Shown piece by piece: positions 58,501-64,000 of a stretch of DNA of 64,000 nucleotides (position 1 is its first letter; each line of letters opens with the position of its first letter). Source of the stretch: Antedon mediterranea. Its lineage: Eukaryota; Animalia; Echinodermata. Where the stretch lies: positions 20,478,871 to 20,542,870 of the forward strand of contig NC_092676.1 of the NCBI RefSeq assembly GCF_964355755.1, read 5' to 3'. The translations under genes were made by a program, and so were the position numbers. A model generated the notes under the pieces. The model had not been told where the DNA came from. It ran no database searches and saw nothing but the letters and a program-made list of their open reading frames with translations.

Positions 58501-61500
58501 CGATGGCACCAAAATATGTTGCAGTGTGTAGCAGAGTACTGCCATTGATACATCTGTACAAATTAGAAGGAAGAGTAGTAGGAAATTACAATGAAAATTA
58601 ACACAAAATCTTAAAACAATCTCGAAATAAGTCATGTCTTGGGTACATCAGTTGATAACATGTTAGTTGATAACATGCTAGTTAATAACATGCTAGTTGA
58701 TAACATGCTTGTTGATAGCATGCTACTTGATAACATGCTAGTTGTTCATAACCAGTACCGTTGTAATAATTTTACGATCATTCGTATAAAATATCTTAAA
58801 GGTCAAGAGACTGATCCCATACTATTAACCCAGATTGCCTAATTTGTAACACAGTGTGCAATGAAACATCTGTAAACAAGTTACCTGCTGCGTAAGCTGG
58901 AGAAGCGACGTACACCAGTCACATGATCTTCAACCATTTTTTGTAAAAGGTCTGTGTTGCCCCTCATTAACTTTGGAATACAGGTTTGTAAATGGTCATG
59001 ATATGCTAAAAAAAGAAAGAATTATCATGAACTGAGCTATATTTGTTTGCATTAATACTATTAATATAAAAATCTAAGAAACAGATGCAATGATTTCTTT
59101 ATTTAAGAACTGTTAAATTGATATAATAAACTTACAAATCAAATATTGCTTTAACTCCTCATTTCTAACTGAATCAAATGCTGTTTTACTTTGTTTATTC
59201 TTGCTAAACACGTTTGCGCCCCATTCAACGAGTAACTGAAAGAAAAATTCAAAGGTTGGATATATCTGTACTCCTTTCCAATTAACTAGGACTGATCTAC
59301 ACATTACATTAGGTGAAATATAATGCAATTAGTAGAGTCTATACAGTTAGGATCTCACAAAATATATCAGATTGTCTTACCTCGGCTGTGTTTTCGTGTG
59401 TGTCCTAAACAAAGATGAAAAATAATAAATTATTATGGAATATAATTTAGCATTATGATAAACATGTAAATGTAGTGCATTTGACCAATGACAGCATGTT
59501 CTACAAAACAAATGAATATGAAACTAAAACCAAAATGAATAGGCAATATGAGGTTACAAGTGAGCGAGTTCAAACCTAAAATATGAAGTGTTCAAATAAT
59601 GATTAACAATTTGTCTGATTCTGGAAAACCACAACTCTTGGACCTGTGCAATGAACATGTTTGTTGTTGAGTGAGACACACATTTTAGAAACAGCTTTTC
59701 ATTGATTCCTTGCAGTGCAATGCCAATTACTGTGCAATTAGATCACTGATGGCATCGTATTTAAGAAATAGTATTCAAGAAATCTTCCAGTATTACATGG
59801 TAAACATGTAAACTTTCTCCATGGAGATCAGCGAGCGTTCAATACATATTAAAAATACCCAACATGTTCATTGCGTCAGGTGGAATTGAAATTCTGTTGC
59901 CAATACGTTCTGGTTGTAGATGAATATCCATCACAAACAACACAACAAGCTAAAATGAAAGGAGGTGAAAAAAGGCAGGCAGGAGATGTAATATGACCAT
60001 GTGTTCACTATGGGATAAAACAACACACAGCATAAACCCCATCACCTTATTATTCCGTTTTCTTTTATTTTTAAAGGTAGACTTATATTGATGTTCGGCA
60101 CAAAGACGGAATATATTGCCATGCCGATCCCATGGGTGTATCATGTGTAAACCAGTAAAGTATGTATCCTGTCCTAAGTCCTGGTAAAGTTAGTAAAAGA
60201 GAAGATTTTAGCACATCAAAAGAAGATTTAGTGTAGTAGGCCTATATTCTTTAAAGTTAAATGATCAACAATTACTTAGCGGTGATTAGTATACAAGCCT
60301 ATAGCCAGGATTGTCAAGTAGGCCTAGCCCGATTACAGTATTCAAAACACTTCCACTTCTGATCTTTGGTTTATAAAAGGCACTTAACTTGGGGTGGGGG
60401 TGGGTTTGTTTGGACACTATGAATTCCCCTGTACTGGCTATGGGCTTGATATAACATAATAAATAGTTTACTAAGATGTGTCTACTGTAAAAGCTAGTCG
60501 AAATAGCCATTCCTATAACAATATGAGTCTGTGTAATGCAAAAAAGAATTAAACACATTGTTTATAATTAGTTTGTTAGTCACATGTAAATCATTATTAT
60601 TCCTTTAAAACCAAGTGAAGAGAAAATACACCATCATCAGAAAGGTTAAGTCAAACGGCAAAATCCAAGCAACCCATTAAAATACATTATTTCTATACCA
60701 TTTGTTGCGATGCATATACTGATGTGCCGACCTCATCACTAACACGATAAAGCTGTTCCAATGAATATAGTATAATTATAACAAAAAAGACTAAATATTA
60801 TGCTGTATGAAGATTTCTGCTATTAAGTAATACAGTCAACTCTCCAGAAACCAGACTCCAAAAACACCGGAAATTTTCAGTTAACCAACATTTTCTAAGG
60901 ATCTTACAATGTAATTGTAAAAAAATATAAAAAGAAGCATTTTTGACTAACACAGGCCGTCAGATTTGTTGGAGATTTCACTGTATATATACCACTGAGG
61001 CAAAACTCTCCCTTAGCAGAAATGGTCCACAGGCCTGTCAAGAGTGTCAGCCCATAAAATACACAATTGTAATTTGATTATATTAACTGCCCATCAAATA
61101 CAACCCAAGGGTACTATTAGGTCATTTACAACAAGGTCACCTGGACAGCTCATGAAAATTCCTACATGGTTTTCAGCAATTTCAGTAGTGAAGTGACTGT
61201 CACACTCCAGCTGGCCTCTCATGTGTGTCAAGATAAACAATCAGAACTCCTAAATTGTTTAAAACACAGACCAAGATTTATTACCCGGATTTTTTCAAAA
61301 ACCCGGGTGAAATGGACTGATTCTGCTAAGGGAGAGAAATGCCTAATCTTCTTCAGAAAATCCTTAAAAATGCATAGAAAGTTATAAAAAGCTTTATACA
61401 TGCAAGTCTTTGAGATAATTATGCTGTTTTTATATAAAAGAAAAATTGAAACATAGTATTTTAAGGTATAATATTAGCAAATTGTTTTATACATTATTAA

Positions 61501-64000
61501 AACAATTTCTGTTATTTTAGCTTATAATACAGTAAAAAAAAGAAGACAAATTTGCAAGTTAACTAGTACAACAACACAAACTGTTTATCAATTTTACCTG
61601 ACTTATTCCTTTTGATAAGCCTTCCACAGCATTGAAGAATGGCGTTGCTCCCAAGTAGTTTTTAGTGTCAATATTGCAACCACTCTCAAGCAGATACAAT
61701 GCAACATCCTAAGTAAGTAAAAGATAACAATTACTTTATATACTTTATTAAATACCACTTGGTTACGATCAGTGGCTGTGTGTGTACTAGTACACCGGGG
61801 TAACCCACTACTCGTCTCGAAAGATGTACTAGGTTCTTTAAAGTGCACACGAGCTAGATGTGTACACTGGACCTACAGTTTATAGTCCTTATCCGAGAAG
61901 ACTCGTTCTACCACCAGAACCATGGAGCGAGTGAGCCTCGAACCCTTATGGGTTATGGCTACGTCTAATTACAGGTTTCCACTGTCTTAACCACTCGGCC
62001 ACCCATTGGTTAGTAATAAATTTGACTAAAGTTACATACTGCTTGCCCGAATGACCACCGAAAAGCACTGCATAATATCATCTAACCCTAGGAGGTAGGC
62101 TGAACTGAGTTTTGACTTGTTAAATGAGTCTATTATGGTCTTAAAAAGGTAAAGGCAAGAACTTACATAATTTCCATTTCTGGCTGCCATATGAAGTGCT
62201 GTGTTCAGTGTTTTCTTTTCTTTTGCATTAATAAAATTAGGTTTCATATCCTTAAAAAATACTACCAGTTTCTGGATGGTATTGAGCTCTCCCAGCTTTG
62301 CCGCTTTAAAGAACAAATTCTCCCATGGTTGGAAGTTACCAGGGAATACTTGGTAAAGGAAGCTGCCATTATAAGAAAAACATGGAATTCTATTCATTAT
62401 ACTAATAATAATAATAATAATAATATTTATTCGGTTACTCATCTTATTTAGAATTTAAAAACTTACACAGTGCCAGTTTTCATACTTTTGTTTCTTGAAA
62501 GACTTTCAAAATACATCTAAAAATGAACATTAAAGATAAATTTCTTAATATTAAAACCAAACTATCTATATGTCAACACTAACTAGTTTGACAAAAAAAA
62601 GTGTGATGTGCCCAAATATGGTAGTGATATGCCAAAATATGGTAGTGATATGGCATCAGTTTGACAGAGCTAGAAACGCAAAAAATTGACCTTTGAGTTA
62701 ATCAGCTTTCTATACTTGTTTTCGAATGAAACTCTTTAATCACAAGGTAGGAGGGGGTTTGGTAAATATTCAAACAGCGGAAACAAAATCATTAAATGCT
62801 AACACGATCTCACACAATTTCGCAAACCAATATAATTTGTTTCTCAAATATAGGATGCAAAACTGGGTTTCAGAATAAATGTTTACCTCATATTGCGGAT
62901 AATCACTTGGATTGATTTCAAGAACCTCATGAGAAGGAAGACCAAGTATGGAACGGATTGTTGCTGGAAAAGAAATAATATTCATTCATTCATTAGAAAT
63001 ATCATTATGATTTATTAATGTAATTTGCACATACTATATAGTAGCACAATATACCTAAAGTCAATTTTCTCTGAAAACCAGAAACTCTTCCAAAACCAAA
63101 CTTTTCTCAAGGTCTTAAAGGTCCCAAATTCTTTGTTTACCATTAAAAACACTTTCAGACTTTCTGGAAGACCTGACATATTAGCTGTTTCTCAAACAAA
63201 CTACAAAGTAACACTTTTCCTGTCCCAACAAAATAAAACAAGAAAAAATGTGTTTGTTACCTTTTGATTGACTTTTCCCCTGAGTGAAGTCGTCCATAAA
63301 TTCTCCAGTATGTATATTCTTCAGGACAATCTTGCGTTCTGGATTAACAGTCTCCCTCATCTTGCTCAAATAGAATCCAAGGCCATTTGACAAGTTTAAG
63401 TTTATCACCATCGATAAACATAGGTCACTGATTGTGATTGACCTAAGGAAGTAAATTATACAAATCGTACAGTAATTTTTAAATATATACAAGTTCACAT
63501 GTAATATAGACAAACAATAGCAAAAAGTGTACTTACCTAGGTACGGGGAATGTGTCAAACCGTTCCTTCATCTTCTTAGAAACAATTTCCCTAGTCTAAA
63601 AAAAATAAAATATTATTAGATTACATTATTACTAATAATTTTACTGCATAGTAGCTTTTGTAGTATCCTGTTGAATATGACAAATTTGAAAAATATAATA
63701 ATAACAGTAACTGTACCTCAATCTGTATTTTGTTTACATGCTCCCACCATGCCTTGCAAGCTTCAATGTCAAAGGTTATTCCAATAGTACTTTTTTCTGA
63801 AGAAAACCAAACCAAATAGTTGAGAGAAGATGTCAGAGTAGTTCTCATAAGCTAAAAATAGCTAAAGCAAATAATTGTATTTGTTAAAATAGTATTTTAC
63901 CTTGTTCATATTCTGCAATTAAGTTTTTAAGTTCTTTCCGTCTTTTGAGCATTGTAACGTTATGTACAATTTCTGGAAAACTTTCCACCTCATGTCGAGC
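55520..64000 (-). CDS. Multi-ankyrin-repeat protein with unassigned N-terminal region; 5' partial
   Basis: Minus-strand exons in transcript order: >64000-63901, 63796-63717, 63595-63537, 63442-63261, 62963-62887, 62516-62467, 62362-62167, 61708-61598, 59235-59136, 59005-58885, 58553-58400, 57953-57834, 57469-57174, 56658-56581, 56484-56318, 55985-55869, 55743-55520(TGA). Ankyrin motifs NTALHMAARNGNYDVALYLLESG, GATPFFNAV, GSTLLHTATYFG, GATPLHRA, GNTTLHVKC, GLLALHCCAMQG, GNTPLHYAA, CTPLFFATQAN; phases consistent. Confidence 0.88.
58650..58745 (+). repeat. 15-bp minisatellite (gttgataacatgcta) x~6
   Basis: Directly visible; gives the spurious NMLVD-repeat ORF. Confidence 0.9.
60833..60983. mobile_element. 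Tc1/mariner(pogo)-type MITE with TA target duplication
   Basis: ta|cagtcaactctcc ... ggagatttcactg|ta; more degraded CAGTAGAA/CAGTAAAA-ended relics near 10037, 22680, 31180 and 49280. Confidence 0.65.
61742..62004 (-). mobile_element. tRNA-headed Deu-domain (DeuSINE/Nin-like) SINE
   Basis: Minus strand: A box gtggccgagtggttaag, B box ggttcgaggc, then gtcttctcggataaggactataaactgtaggtcc...gcactttaaagaacc...ttcgagacgagtagtgggttaccccggtgtac, which resembles the Deu domain from memory. Confidence 0.8.
62561..62672. mobile_element. Harbinger-like MITE family A, internally deleted copy 9
   Basis: aactagtttgacaaaaaaaagtgtgatgtgcccaaatatggtagtgatatg...gacagagcta. Confidence 0.75.

Noticed and set aside
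63849-63861. Acceptors at 63852 or 63862 implied by ORF 63621-63848
   Set aside because: Phase is incompatible with the upstream exon; the acceptor at 63797 has a better pyrimidine tract and keeps frame

Overview
AT-rich eukaryotic (animal) genomic DNA with GT-AG introns. It is probably an invertebrate deuterostome such as an echinoderm; this is an inference from composition and a Deu-domain SINE. I hand-spliced five genes. (1) + strand, 137-4582, 5' end outside the window: a secreted M12B/ADAMTS-type zinc protease with a short N-terminal leader, disintegrin-like domain and one CUB domain, but no TSP1 repeats. (2) + strand, 7468-12598: prostaglandin reductase 1 (PTGR1), 9 coding exons. (3) - strand, 13897-14583: intronless NAT8/camello-like GNAT acetyltransferase. 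(4) + strand, 15725-47337: WW-WW-PH PLEKHA5/6/7-like scaffold, about 28 exons. (5) - strand, 55520->64000: ankyrin-repeat protein, 5' end outside the window. Introns and intergenic DNA carry many mobile-element relics: a 1.46-kb P/hAT-type non-autonomous element with an 8-bp TSD at the inferred PTGR1 promoter, two 25-bp probable excision footprints with 7-bp TSDs, nine copies of a Harbinger-like MITE, other MITEs, three tRNA-derived SINE families and LINE tails. There are also several tandem arrays and a ~2.3-kb nested-palindrome satellite next to a Helentron/HINE-like end. No prokaryotic-type system (CRISPR, operon) is present, and most short ORFs in the track are spurious. All gene models and family calls were made by eye without database searches.
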